From Trichosphaerium sp. ATCC 40318 (lineage: Eukaryota > Protista > Tubulinea): a stretch of DNA of 64,000 nt. How positions within the stretch are numbered: the first letter of the stretch is position 1; each line of letters begins with the position of its first letter. The notes beneath the pieces are model-generated. The model ran no database searches. It was not told the DNA's origin and saw only the letters and a program-made list of their open reading frames with translations. The stretch is taken from NCBI GenBank assembly GCA_038496445.1, contig JALMLS010000478.1:62001-126000 (forward strand). The letters run 5' to 3'. Shown here piece by piece: positions 11,095-24,612 of the stretch. Both the position numbers and the translations under genes were made by a program.

Positions 11095-13248
11095 TTATGC
11101 GCCCATGTTGATGATGTTCTAAAGAAACGGATTAGATGTTTGCCAATGAAGAAAGGCGTAAACACTTTTTCAAATAATAAAAAGACTATTGAATTGGTGG
11201 TTTTTTTTGGAAGCGCGTGACGTACTTGTTGGCATTTGTACAATAGGAAGTTGTCTTCTTCAGTACAGGATTCAGACTCCGACGAGTGTGGTTCAGTGCA
11301 AGAGCTGTTTGGGCTAGAGACCTGCAAGCACTTGGTACGTTCGAGTAAAGTTTCCTTCATGGACTGGAACTTTGGTATGAGCTTGTGTTTACGCTGGTAT
11401 AAATCGGCGTCAAACTTCTTGGCAGCAGCTGCTTCATTTTCCAAATCAGTTACTAGCATAAAGGTAAGTCGGCAATTAAGACAAAAAAGGCGTGATGGTG
11501 AAGCAAAAATAGATTTCGTTTAAAAAATACGTACGGAGTTCAGTAACACGACCAAGCATGGTAGCACAGTCTTTGGACTCCTCCTGTGGAGATTTGGCGG
11601 TGAAGATTTCGTGAAAGTGTTTATGACAAAAGCCAAACTCTTTCAAAACGACTTCTTTGCATCGTTTGCCGTCTCCTTTGATCTTTTGGTATGACGCGCA
11701 GCATTTTTTGTATAAGCACGCTGGATCTTGTTCGATATGTTCAGCACAGTAATGTGGGCGAGGTCCTAAAGAGTTTCAAGTAAGTAAACTAAAACAACAA
11801 AGAGTTTCGAAAAAACGAAAAAAAAAAATTAAACCGAAAATAAAAATCCAAAAAGAGCGACAAAAACCGTCAGGTAAATCTCGTAAAAAAAAAAATCCCA
11901 GAGAGAGACAAAAAAAGATTGTATTACTATCTTACTACAGAAAAACTGCGAGTTGGTTTGAAATGAAAAAAACCGTACCAATGAACTCCATTAGAGCTGC
12001 GTTTCTGCAACGTTCGTTCTTTTTCTTGTTGCGACCCTTGCACTGCACAGCGCCTTTGGAAAGCACTACCTTGGCTCTAGTTTTACGTGGTCTACGTGTA
12101 TAAGGAGTAGAGCGCACTTTGCTGCTCTTGGCACGACGAATCGGACCAGAGCGCTTTTTAGGGCTAGGTGGTGACTCTCGCAGAGGAGAAGACCTAGGCG
12201 ATACCATAGGCGAAGTTTGTGAGTGCTCAGAAGGCGAAGAAGGACAAATAGCAGGAGGTGAAGCTACTGGGTGCGTAGAGATTGAACAAGGCGCTGGGGG
12301 CAATGTAACATAAGCGCGAGAAGCCTATAAACACAAGATTAGAAAAGTGACGAGAAAGTTTTTTGGTAAAATGACGAACATTTCGAAAAAAGGCAAAAAG
12401 GTAACGCATTTGTGCACCAAAAACATTAAAGTAGAAAGCCTCAAATTGAACGTTTAACGAGTCTTTACTTTTATGGAGAAGTACTCTGTTAAGGTACAGA
12501 AAAAGGTCAAAAAAAAAACGGTAATTTCGAAGAGAGAAAAAAAAGAAAAAGAAAAAAAAAATTGTTTGAATTCTTACGTATTGTGGAGGGTACTGCACAA
12601 AGTCTGTTTGTTGAGGGGCTCTGTGATAACCAGACATGTGAGCGTGCTGATAAGGGCTGACACGAGGGAACATTATAGACTGGTGCCTTGCACCGTGGTC
12701 ATAGTAATTTGGGAAGTTTGTAAGGAACGTAGGAGGTGCAACAGATTGCTCGTAATACTTTGCTCTTGCGAGTTGTTGCTCGTAATAAGGATCATAAGGG
12801 CTGAATTTACAAATTAGTACAAAAATAATACGTTTTGTATGACGTTATACTTTCGTATGGTGTCGTACGGGTAAGAAAAACAAACTCGTAAGAAATTTAA
12901 AGTTGTATGGTTAATTTGTCCATTAAACCAAACTTTTACAAACTAAAAGGGACGTACGTTTCATACTGAGGAGTATAGGTATTTGGGATCATCTCAGGTT
13001 GCGATACTTGAGAGTACGCTGGCAATGAAAAACAATCTTCAAAAGATGGCTCAACATGACCATAAGGGTCTCCGTAAACCTATTTAGAACGTCAATTCGT
13101 ACTGTTAACATGTTGTAGCGTTTGTACGGTATTGTAAGGATCCATTTTAAAGGACATAGAATCAACGGGTAGTCTCGATTCAATACTGAGTCTCTCGTTT
13201 ACCTTAAACGATAAGTAGAACTCTAATATGACATATACACACCTGCAT
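11095..13248 (-). CDS. Putative nuclear protein with low-complexity N-terminus and two C-C-C-H Zn-finger-like motifs (multi-exon)
   Basis: Pro/Tyr/Ser-rich exons, basic NLS-like PKKR..RRPRK, QCKGRNKKKNERCRNAALMEFIG/PRPHYCAEH and KCCASYQ..GKRCKEVVLKEFGFCHKH, followed by a helical C-terminus. Confidence 0.7.
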
Positions 13249-14389
13249 ATTTGAAAGTTAGGGGCCTACTAACCTTTCCGAACCAACCAACGAAAAAAAG
13301 ATATTTGCGGCCAAAATCTTAGTACGCCCAAAATCCCGTTTGTGACACGATCACTTGCCTGTTATAGCGTGGAGGAACACCCACACCCAACGCGTATGCC
13401 TTTGTGGGCCGCACAAGTTTTAATACACATTCCTGTCCAAAAGTGCTGTTGGGTTTAGGCTTGCCGCTATGGTTCACACTAGCGCTAGCTGGTATGTTTC
13501 CAGCAAGGTACAAAACAGAAAACTTGAACTAACTACAAAACAATCTGCTGTGGAGCAAGTGAACCCGAACTAGAATGATACTATAATGCTTCACGGCGTA
13601 TCGCTACACGCAAAATGTGGGGCGGTTTAAAAAAAAAACCGATATCGTCTGTCAAAAACCGTTCTACATTATAGCGACATCATCAAAAGTACTACTTATA
13701 GGAGTTACACTCCTTTTAACCCTCCCACGTGGCGACAATTCACAATTGAATCCCGTCGTTGAAGATTTTATTTCGCTACGCGTAGAGAATATCAAAATTA
13801 GCCTTACCTTTTTTTTTGTTCGTTGATGACGAGATAATGACTTTTATTCGTTTATTCTGTATTACTAATACAGAAAATACTTGATTAACTATTAACCCTA
13901 CGCTCAGGGTAAACAAAGCTGCACGCATTTCGATATTTGTAAGTTCTTGAAGAAAGTAGAAATTCTGTACAAGTTATATAACTCCTGACGACAGGAGAAT
14001 GTTCAATGGTAAGTATTGTGACGGTAAAAAGCTCAACTCAACAAATTGTGTTTTCAAAAAACCGACTTGTTTTCAGTCTATAATGTCAGGAAATACCAAA
14101 GAAGGTTTCGCGTTGTTTCTATTTTGCAGTTAGGTGCAAAATAAATGCTCTTTGCAGAAAAGTGTTGTGTATTTTTTAGTTTTGTACTCGCACAACACAA
14201 ATGTATTGTCTTCGCGAGGAGTATGAGGTACTAGTAGTGCGTGGTATGGCTAACAAGAGCGATAAACAGACGGAGAATTCTACTTTTAGGCTGAGCGGTA
14301 GTACTCCACCTATTAGGCATAGTACCCGAAATACCAACAAGTAGAAATAATACGTGCATAGCAAATAGTGTACCAAGTACTTGGTACAC

Positions 14390-15123
14390 TCAAGCAGAAA
14401 GCAACGATTGTCGTGTAGCCTGGCAGGCTTGGCAGAACTAAAGTGTAAGTAAATAATAGGTTACGTGAACAGGTTAAGTGATCAGAATACTAGCAGGATA
14501 AACTGCAATGGAAGCATTAGGCAAACGGTGCTACAGAGAAATGAATGGAACAGGCTTGTGATTTGTAGATTAGTACGGTCAAGAATGCTGTCACTGCAAC
14601 TGTAGGGGTGTGGCATAGCCCAAAATTGGATTTCAATAATTGCGGTCGCGTTGGTAGGTTGACATCACGTGTTCTTTGAGCAACTTGCCATTGGGTTAGT
14701 GCGGTAGTTTTGTATATGAACTGCCTATCTTGTTCTGAACGTGATGTGCTTTTGGCAACACTACAAACTTTACTAGACGTCGAAGTTCAACTCGTCCTTG
14801 TTAGGTGTACTGAGGCAATTGTTGCTTTGTTCACAGTTACAGTTTTTTGCAACATCGAATGCACTGATAGAAACGTATGTAGTGGCTTTGGCATCATCCG
14901 TTTCGAAATATTCTTGTTGCCAACTAAAAAACGGTTCTTCAGTATGATTTATAACGATATACCCTGGGCGTAGTCACAACACTTGAGAGAAACAATTTTT
15001 TTAAATCTAAAGGCTTATTTTATTTGTACACAACGACGTGACACGAGTTTTTTTATGGGTTTGGTTTACCATTCGTTGATACGGATACAATGAAGACAAT
15101 GAGGGAAAGTAGAATTGCGTCAT
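14390..15123 (-). pseudogene. Putative secreted-protein gene sharing upstream region and signal exon with the Cys-rich peptide family; 1-nt defect after ATG
   Basis: 15110-15200 resembles 16010-16110; signal exon reads (M)xAILLSLIVFIVSVSTN only after a 1-nt correction; downstream exon WQQEYFETDDAK..NCNCEQSNNC is open. Confidence 0.3.
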
Positions 15124-15629
15124 CCGAGGAGTTTGATTTGTTTTTTTTTCAGTCCGTGAAGGATTGTGTACTACGTTTGACTTGTGAAATAACTACTTTA
15201 AAAATATGTAGTTTTGCCATACTCCGTAGGGTTTGGAAAGTTAAAAATAGCTACACGCTATTCAATCACAAAGACATTCACGCTATTTTTTGAATCTATT
15301 TTGGCAAGTTCAAAAAGCCTTAGTTCTTTTCGAATACCCCGTGTGACCGGTACAGCAACAAACCTCCTCATCTACCACGGCTTATATTACGCCTTCTGTT
15401 CTCATCTTTTTTTTTGATCTGTTGCTTTGCTATATTTTGTGTCATCCACCAAAGCGTCTGCGGTACTAATCAATAAGCATTGTAAACAATGTGAATGATA
15501 TTGTCATGTATACTTGAGTACATATGATGGACTAGCTAACTGAATGAGGACTTGGTAAAAACAGTAGTCATACAAGATCAAATACCTTTTGAATTATTTG
15601 GGGGCGCTTAAAACAACACTCGTATAACA

Positions 15630-16024
15630 CTACTGTCTGGAACTCCTGACACAATTAACGTGGCACTGATATGCACCAACAACATTTCCTTCCCAACAAC
15701 ATCGTGAGCACTCGTATGGATTTATGTATAGCCTCTTACAACATCTTTCCTCACATCCTCCTTGACTATTATGGCAAGTTTCATGCAAGGTTCTGGTAGA
15801 AATACAAATCTCGTATAAACCCTGGTAGTAGTCGCGACATTCCTTGGGCAAAGAAGAAAGAAGAAGTTAGGACAAGGGTTGAAAACTTGAAATCAACTTT
15901 TTTGAACACCACGTGGATGAAATAAACAAGTAAATTGAATATTGCGTACAACATAGCGAACAGGCCATGCATTAGAAGTTAAAAAGAGAGTGAAAACAAT
16001 AAGGAAGAGTAGTGTTGCGTTCAT
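15630..16024 (-). CDS. Small secreted Cys-rich peptide, copy 1 (11 Cys, 2 exons)
   Basis: MNATLLFLIVFTLFLTSNAWPVRYV, intron, then ECRDYYQGLYEICISTRTLHETCHNSQGGCEERCCKRLYINPYECSRCCWEGNVVGAYQCHVNCVRSSRQ*. Confidence 0.75.
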
Positions 16025-16647
16025 TGGGATGAGTTTGATTTGTTTATGTTGTTTTTTCAGTTTGTTGAGGATTGTGTACTTAATTACATTTGTCTTGTGA
16101 AATAACTACATTTGTGTACTCATTTATTATGTACCTCTTTCCGCGACATACTCTTAATTCGCTTTGGTAGGATGTATAAAGCAATGAGATAGATCATGTA
16201 ACCGTGTTTATTCTTTTTGTAGTATTTGGAAGTGTCCTTGTTGACCGTTTTGAAGTGTACAACATAACACCAGGATCACAAGTCAAACCCTCGTTTCGGA
16301 AATTATGTTTCTGACAAAGAAAAAAGTGGTTGGGTGTTTTCTAATTCTACTAAACTGAAGAAATAAGTCGCACTCTGTACATTAATCACCGAATAGAACC
16401 CTGACTCGTGGTAACAGCCTAACAACTGCCTGGCCATCACTTGGCTACTTCTGAATGTTTTGGAATAACAATATAATAAATCCGTCGTCACGTGACTGCT
16501 ACGTATTAGCAACAATCAACCAACAACATTTTTTCTTGATGAATGGCTAGTAGTGGGTAATTTAAATATAGGTAAAAAATGCAAAAAAGACGCGGCTTTA
16601 CCGTTTCTTCCACTCAGACTAGTACGCTACACTAATCGAATGATCAC

Positions 16648-17037
16648 TCAAATCATCCACAATGAACGATACCAGATCTGGCGACGCAGCGTGTGGTGCT
16701 TGCTACGACGTCTGACTTGGTACAAGGACGGTTTCTTTGGCGGAGCTAGCTTGCCTTCCAAGCGTAGTCTCTTTCTAAGAGCCTTCCTTTTTGCGTATAT
16801 ATTGGGATTTTTCTTGTGAATCGCGGGCGCTGCAGTCTCCAAGGATTCTAAGAAGACTATCAGCTGGCTTAGAAGCACACCTGACGCTCTCTTCATTAAG
16901 TCATCAAATGACATTAAACCCTCATCAATTGCCTGGAGTAAGCGGTAGAGAAGACTTAATATCAGTTGTACACTGAAGAGGAAGAGTTTGAAAGATTGCT
17001 CTAAGGAGAGTACTGGAACTATACCAAACATATACAT
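16648..17037 (-). CDS. Hypothetical basic protein
   Basis: 129-aa ORF only, no recognised domain. Confidence 0.2.
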   Translation of the reverse strand: MYMFGIVPVLSLEQSFKLFLFSVQLILSLLYRLLQAIDEGLMSFDDLMKRASGVLLSQLIVFLESLETAAPAIHKKNPNIYAKRKALRKRLRLEGKLAPPKKPSLYQVRRRSKHHTLRRQIWYRSLWMI

Positions 17038-17979
17038 AATACGTTTTTTATTATGTCTATAAATGTTGCCAAATTTGTTTATAAACCCTTAAAAAAGCAA
17101 TCGAAATAAATTGTGGGATACACTTCACAGAAATATCCATTTTAATTACTCAATTATGGATAATGCACATTTAAAAACGCCTATAAACCCTTGTGGTTGT
17201 TATTTGCGGGCGTGAGAACCGTTTTGTGGATGTTTTGGATCGCGACATGTGCTTCTAAACGAGTACTTGCATTTCCCGCTTCCGTTTTGCATTAAATTCA
17301 ATTTTAGTTGCCACTGCTTTACACTATTAAAGAACGTTTTATACGTTCCTGAACTTGCTCGCAAAGAACAGGGGTGACCTGGACCAAGAAAAGTAGAAAA
17401 CGACTAATACGAAATTGTGAAACGAACTGGTTTTTCTTTCCTTTTCAGGTTTATGAGTGTCGTTTCATGTTTTATACTACTACTAGTGTAAAGAAATCTT
17501 GTCGTCGGTAATAATTTGTAGAATGGATTATATATCCGATTAGGCCATTGTACATGTAAGTAAATGCATGACACAGCGTGTCAGGGTGTTGGATTTGCAA
17601 TAGAAACGTAAACAAATAATTTAAATCGGACCAGACGTTTTTTTCTTGTTTATTAACGCGCGTTACCTGACAATACGTTTAAACCCTTTTTAACACGTTG
17701 GGAACGATAACATCCAAGCGCTAAAATAACGGTTAGAAGTAGCTGTTAGGAATTGAGCCGGATTATCGACAACAGATTAACCTGCAATCACTTTTTTTTT
17801 GCTGTATTTGTTCATCGCTAAGCATTCAGTACATTGTAACAAGCCACAAATACGTAATTCACTTGATAGCATCCATTTATAAATTATGAGCCATGGAAAT
17901 GATTTTGGTTATGAGTAACGATAGAATGATAGAGTCTTGTTGGTTGAATTATAAAATTGGCTATCTATAGCGCAATGCA

Positions 17980-18193
17980 CGTCTTCGTAAACACAACGTT
18001 ATTCTCTGTTCGTAACTTTAGAATTTACTTATGGTTATGCTGTACAATGGTAGGACCAAAAGCAATAATGTTTGCACCCGCAGCGTGGCGTAATACTCCT
18101 GAGTAAGGTATGCACCTGTTAGGGCCAATTGTACATTTGTATCCAAGAGGACAACAATGTAAATGGTCTTGGCAACATGTGCCGTTAGCGAAA
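17980..18193 (-). pseudogene. Granulin gene relic (3' part of last granulin exon)
   Basis: Near-identical to 23640-23870 but truncated; another small piece at about 16233-16280. Confidence 0.65.
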
Positions 18194-18240
18194 ACACTTG
18201 GAAGAGGAGGTATGGACTTAGGTTTTATTTATTAAACTTG

Positions 18241-18931
18241 TCAGTAGCGACTTGCATTCATTATAACTTTGTTTTTATCTTTCTTTTTTAAAGGTACTAT
18301 CAACCCTTTGACACTTCCATTCTCTGTATCTATCACAGCTGTATATATCACGTGCTTATCACATTTTCTAGAAGGATCTTTTTTCGTCTCAGTTTGGCAG
18401 GGACCTTTGTCTTTGAAATATATCTCGTCCTGTTTTGTTTTATTTTCATGTGTTCGTACAACCCATTTCTTCTTTTTCTTTGACAATCTCCACGTTCCTA
18501 TTTTGTGTTTGTTGATCAATTTACGTCATTGACAAACACGTGATATTGTCCGTACCTCTTGTAGAACGACGGCAATACATTCCCGTGTATGTTTCATACT
18601 CAAAGGTTCCGTCAAGTTGAAGAGTTATGTGGAAAGTTTCTGTTGGTTTGCTTGACGATAATCTATCTTTTACTACAATATCTCTTGTCGTTCGGAAGTG
18701 AATTGCATCGGAGCTATTTTTATGACAGAACATAGAAGCATAGTGCACATAAGCGCGAAACCAACTCTTTATCCTCTTGTTTAGCATAATAGGCCATAAT
18801 TTTAATACTTTACGCATATCATTGCTTGTAGCCACTGTATTCCAATGTTTATTGACAATCGAAGCGATTTTAAGGTATTTTGGTTCAATATAAGTGAAAA
18901 CTAATATCAGACTGTCGTGATCAAGTGACAT
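18241..18931 (-). CDS. F-box protein, cassette copy A (2 exons)
   Basis: MSLDHDSLILVFTYIEPKYLKIASIVNKHWN F-box; intron GTACGG...AATAG joins the two tracked ORFs (..RSTR-GTWRLS..). Confidence 0.75.
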
Positions 18932-19519
18932 AATGCGCCAATTAGTAATGGTCGAAATTCCTTTGATTTGAGTCTATTTTGGATAAACGTGTATGGTTAA
19001 ATCCTTTCTCTGAATGTCCTTACTTGAAAGTGTCAGTCTTAATAACTCTGATACTGAGCACAATGGTTATCCTTAATATGACCAACAGCAAGGAGAATGC
19101 TACGAAAGTAGCACGTGTTTCAAACTCAAAGCTGAATATAACAGGCTTATTGAAGTAACTCCGTTATTATTGAAACGATTATGCTGACAGCTTATCAAAT
19201 ACGGAATTTTTTTTGGACCAACCAAAACCTTTGCAATGTTAAACAGTTAATATTTGGTATGCTGGACAGTACTCGGTGAAACAGTTAGTAATTTTGTCGC
19301 AAGATAACATTAGAAAAAAAGTAATCTTGTTCTCGTTCAAGGTTTGACCTGAAATAGCACTAGTTTGTGTTAATGCTAAGCCTGATTTTCGAGATGGTTT
19401 GTGAACATAGGGCAGGCAAATGCTCTTTACAACTAAACTATAAAATGGAAGTTTAAATATGAACAAAGAGCCTTAAATTGTATTGTTTATTACAATTAAT
19501 GAATGAATATAGAATTATT

Positions 19520-21551
19520 TCAGGCGTTTGAACTTTCAGTAGAAGTAACTTTTAGTGTGTTTTTACGTAATGAGTATGGCACAATTGCATGTCTCAACTT
19601 TGGAACAAAGAAGATGGCAATAAGACCAATAACCACCTAGTGCCAAGTCAAAAATTGTGAACACGCTAAAAACAAAATACAACATACCAATACAAGAACA
19701 CCAAAAGTAATACCAAGCACCATACCAACGTTCACTGTTTCTGTTCTGTTACCACAAGTGTCAGGTCTTGATGCAATTACAAATATCCTTAAATCAAAAT
19801 CAGGGTCATTTAGATGACTCAAAAGTAGACATAGAGACATACGATGAAAGAGTTCTATCAAGCACTGCATTTAAACACGTCTTTTGTGGGGGCGGAACAA
19901 GTGTAACATTACCGCTTATTGTGCCATTGTTACTTCTCATTACTTCTATTCTCGTGTCATCAATTATTGTATCATTGAAACCACTGAAATTAATGATGAA
20001 TGTCGCGTTTGGTGGTATCACAATAGATCCTACACTTAATGATCAAGGATGACTCAACAAGATAAAATATCAAAAACTGAATCGCGTGTTACCTTGAACT
20101 TCAAGAAAGCCTCCTGGAGTAATTGTAGCTGTTCCTGAGAGGATCAAATCTCCATCTATTATCAAAGGACCAGATAGCACAATTTTATTTGGCAGATTTC
20201 CGGATGTAGGTGCGATTGTTGGTGGCGCCGTTGGCTCAACTGTTGGAATTACTAGAAATTAAAATGTAAGAATAAAAAAGGTTAAGTCTTTTTCCATGAT
20301 TGTTCGTTGTAAAAGTCTTACCGCAGTACTGTTCGTTGTTGCATGTAACTAGTAAATACTGTCAGGTAGTGTTAAGTTGAGTATGAATATTGGTACCAGT
20401 TGTGTTACACCCTCCAAAGAATGTACTACTGTAACATTTGCAAGTGAAGTTATTTGGTATCGAGGTACAGGAAAATATTGTATTTGGTTCTACTTGGGAT
20501 TAAAACTATTTAATTACTTATGATTACCGTTATTGGCATCAGTAAATCTCGTATTTCTACACAAAGATAAGCACTTTACCAGTTAATAGAATATCCTTTA
20601 CCTTATTGTAATGTTGGATTCATAGCCAGCCAATGCAGGAGCTAGAGTGGCTGATCTGTTTCTTCTAAACAAGTGTAAGAACGATAAAATACTTCGACAG
20701 CATTGTCCTCAATCAAACAAGAATCTATTACAACCTAATTAAATCGTTATATGAGATTCAAAATAAATTGCTTGTGTACGCTTGTCACTCCATAAATAAC
20801 AATAAAACCTATGTGGCGTTATGGACAAACATAATTGGTCTTTGCGTGTACTCTGAAACGATGTGTATGTGTGAGTAATCTGTGAAAAAACGCAATCTTG
20901 CAAATAAACTCTAGCTGTTTCTGCATGATCTAAAATATACATCACAACAGAAGGTGATTCGAGAACAATATCTCTAAATGCCACATTTTTTAGAGTCACA
21001 GAGGCATTGAACCAACTACCAACATATAAGCCTGCTTGATGCCCAGTAAATGTCATGTTTCTAAAGTGAGTATTAACATTGCTTTTAGGGTTGCCTTGCT
21101 CCAAGTACGTCATGGTAACATTCGCATAATAGTCTAGTGAGATAAAGCAATCTCGAATTGTAAATCCCGACATCGAGATACTGATATTATGGTAAAAAAG
21201 TGAGTATAGCTCTGTTCTGTAGCAAGAGACATTTACATTATACAATCCTAAACGCACTTAGTTGCAACTGACTGAGAACCACCAACTTACCATAAATGTC
21301 AACGCTTTTGTAAACCTCAAGTATTGTTTGGTTACCTAAAAACAAGTTTGTTGAATTGAGAATAAGCTCTGTAGGTTCTTCTCGCAGATAACAACCAAGA
21401 TTATTGCCACAAACGTGTTCACTTGAAGTTATCACTAAAACAAAATTATTGTTAATCATAAAGGGCTTGTACTACTCGTACCTGTTTTACCATTATTCAT
21501 AGCGACAAACGTGACAATTAAGAATACAACGCAGAAATAGACCAAATCCAT
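19520..21551 (-). CDS. Variable beta-helix type-I membrane protein, copy 2 (fewer coils)
   Basis: Same exon set as copy 1 but lacking the segment equivalent to about 4240-4470. Confidence 0.8.
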
Positions 21552-22491
21552 TTTCTAAAACAATAAGATACTCCTCATAACAAGAACGAAAATGATATTC
21601 ATAGTTTTTGAAATCAACGCACGTGATGGTTTGAGGAAAACGGTTTTAAAAAATACAATCCGAATCAAGTGTGATCTGTTCTCATTGTTTGTTTCAAAAG
21701 CAATGACGACAACACCACTGATGAGAGTTGATTGTAACTTTGTGCGTTTTGTTTGTTATCGAAAGAGCAACAAAGTTAAAACACGGGAATACAAGCACGG
21801 TGGTGTGGTGCATAGTATATATCAATAATAGATCCAAAGGTCCTTGTGAATCCTTTTAAAAGCGAAGTGAAGTTTTGCAGTACTTGTGTGCTATGTATTC
21901 ATCTAAAAACGACCTACACGAGCAGTAGCACAAGCATCTCCAACACAAAACTTGTAGAGAGATATGGGTTCACGTTTTATTATCTAAATATCAGTGTTGA
22001 TAAAACTCCGATAAATTCGTTAGATACTGTCTGACACTATGTAAAAAAAAAGGTACAATCGTGTTGATTTTATCGGGTTGGATGTCAAAAAAACCCAACA
22101 ATATTTTTCCTTGTGGTGTCATTAGAATTTTCAGCTGAATGATGTCATATAACGTCCGATAGTGAGTGCTAGTAGGCTTTTGGCATATTGGTGTATGAGG
22201 ACCGTTTATATTACCAATAACCGTAGCTCACAACCGAACAAAAATGCATTCTTTATCACCGCTATAAATACTGTAATTTACTTCTTTTGTAGACAACATT
22301 GTAGGAGGTCATCAATAAACGTGAACAAAGTTCCGTGGTAAGCTTCTATTATAATTTGAGTGTTCCCATGGACGTCCAATACCTTGAGAGATGTCATGAC
22401 TCCTTGGTTAGGTACTTCCAGCTTCAACGTGAACCAAACAACATGAAACAGAACTATTTATTGTGGGGGCGTTTAACACGGTCGTGTAGCA

Positions 22492-22883
22492 CTAGTGTCT
22501 AGGCCTGAAGTAACACATGTGGTGACAAGTATGTGCGTTTACAACATTTCCATTTGCACAACATAGTGAGCATTCGTATGGATTTATGTACAGTCTCTTA
22601 CAGCAACCTTCCTCACATCCTCCTTGATTATGACGACAAGTTTCCTGTAAGGTTCCACCAGAAATACAATTCTCGTACAGGTTCTGACAGAAATCACGAC
22701 ATTCCTTGGATAAAAACGTTAGAACAAGTTAACCCTTGAAATCAACATTTGTTGTGGTATTTTTAGTAACACGTGATGAAATAAACAAGTAAATTGAATA
22801 TTGCGTACAACATAGCGAACAGGCCATGCATTAGAAGTTAAAAAGAGAGTAAAGATAATAAGGAAGAGTAGTGTTGCGTTCAT
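22492..22883 (-). CDS. Small secreted Cys-rich peptide, copy 2 (12 Cys)
   Basis: Signal exon plus ECRDFCQNLYENCISGGTLQETCRHNQGGCEEGCCKRLYINPYECSLCCANGNVVNAHTCHHMCYFRPRH*. Confidence 0.75.
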
Positions 22884-23684
22884 TGGGATGAGTTTGATTT
22901 GTTTATGTTGTTTTTTTCAGTTTGTTGAGGATTGTGTACTTAATTACATTTGTCTTGTGAAATAACTACATTTGTGTACTCATTTAACTATGTACCTCTT
23001 ACCGCGACATCCTTAATTTGCTATGGTAGATCTCATAAAGCAATGATAGATCATGTTTGTAACCGGCAAAATTGATTTGCCACCGGTGTTTATTCTTTTT
23101 GTAGTATTTGTAAATCCTCGTTTTCAAGAATAAGAGTTAAATTACCTGGATCATAGAGAATGTCAGCCCTTTCTTGTCCCTTATTTTTCGTTATTCTCAC
23201 CTCTCGCTCATAAATAAATTTACTATCACATGGTCCTGAGAAGTGGGATACTAACAGCGCAGCGACTAGTTTTTAGGATTGTACACACTATGATATCAGT
23301 ACTGCGGGAATGTTTCTGCACAATATAATCTCTTTGTAAGTGATCAAAGGATAAAGGATCAACGTTATGAAGTGTTGCAGTGATAGTGCACAGAAAGTAG
23401 TAAAAGAGTTTGTGCCGACCTCTTTCTACAACCGCTTCTCTCATGCAGCTTTGAGCATTAGATTTGAGCAACAGCATTGAGTCTTGTGGATTGACTGCAC
23501 AAAGAACTTTTTCAGCTTGAAAATAGAGGGAGCAACTCGATGTACGGCAATCTAGATAAAAAAGAAAAAGTTCAAATCTGCATGTAAATTGAATCACAAA
23601 AATTGCAGATCCTCATCCAACGCAATTAACAAGACGTCATTCGTAAACACAAACTTTATTCTCTGTTCGTTATTTCGAATTTAC

Positions 23685-24364
23685 TTATGGGTATGCTGTT
23701 AACTCTAGTACAAGGCTTAGGAATAAAAAGCAATAACAGCAATAATAATCGTACCAGCAGCGTGACGTAATACTCCAATGTCAGGTATGCACCTGTTAGG
23801 GCCAATTGTACATTTGTATCCAAGAGGACAACAATGTAAATGGTCTTGGCAACACGTGCCGTTAGCGAAAGGACAACATCCTTGTTGGCCGTTTTGAAGT
23901 GTACAACATATAACACCAGGATCACAAAGACCTGCAGGACATTCGTTCTAAAAGTAGTTGAGATACAAAAAGAAATGTTTTTTCAATGTTACAATAGCTG
24001 TACCTCTAGTTTTTTGATAGGTTTGATATCTTCAGGGATGCATCCACCCAGAGCGTCACATACATGTCCTTTTGGACAACAAGTTTCTACGTTATCGCAA
24101 CAAACTCCATCTACGTATGGACAACACCCGATGGCGCCTTGTAAAGATAAAGTAAGACAATAGGAAGCGTTGTTAATTTAATCCGTCGCCAAGAAAATTC
24201 CAACTTGGCAAAATGCCACGTGCGCCTTTACGCCTTGTATTATTATTGTTTTATGGCGTACCTTTTCCGAAACATACTGTTCCTGGTTTATTACACTTTA
24301 GTATGGCCGTAGTTGTACCAATAATTAACAATAACACTAACGAGACTATCACACCCTTCAACAT
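23685..24364 (-). CDS. Secreted granulin-domain protein (two granulin-like units, 4 exons)
   Basis: Signal MLKGVIVSLVLLLIIG; GCCPYVDGVCCDNVETCCPKGHVC and ICCTLQNGQQGCCPFANGTCCQDHLHCCPLGYKC granulin double-Cys patterns. Confidence 0.8.
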
Positions 24365-24612
24365 TTGAGCCGAAACGATTTATCGTCAAAAACAAGTCAA
24401 ACGTGTCAAAATAATGCGACAAAAAAACTATCGAACGCACCCTGTGCATGTGCTTCAGGGTCAGCCGTTCAGGCATTTGTGCAGATGTTGTATAGGTGCT
24501 AGAGGACAAAACAAGATACACTAGTTTCACAATTGTAGACGTCAACAATAGTCTCGTCTCACTTGCTTCAACACTGACAGAACACATAAGTCAGAAGATT
24601 TTTTTATTGGTT

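Larger units (their letters stand above)
18830..23950 (-). repeat. Segmental duplication arm A, inverted relative to 30878-36063
   Basis: Collinear reverse-complement similarity across granulin exon, spacer, Cys-rich peptide gene, receptor gene, downstream spacer and F-box start. Confidence 0.85.

Noticed and set aside
10530-11220. Short ORFs and possible snRNA, SRP or RNase P identity in the GC-rich island
   Set aside because: No diagnostic conserved motifs recognised and the ORFs lack coding character; kept only as an unassigned structured element
18490-18560. F-box gene split into two ORFs at the same place in both copies, suggesting recoding
   Set aside because: A GT-AG intron joins them in frame
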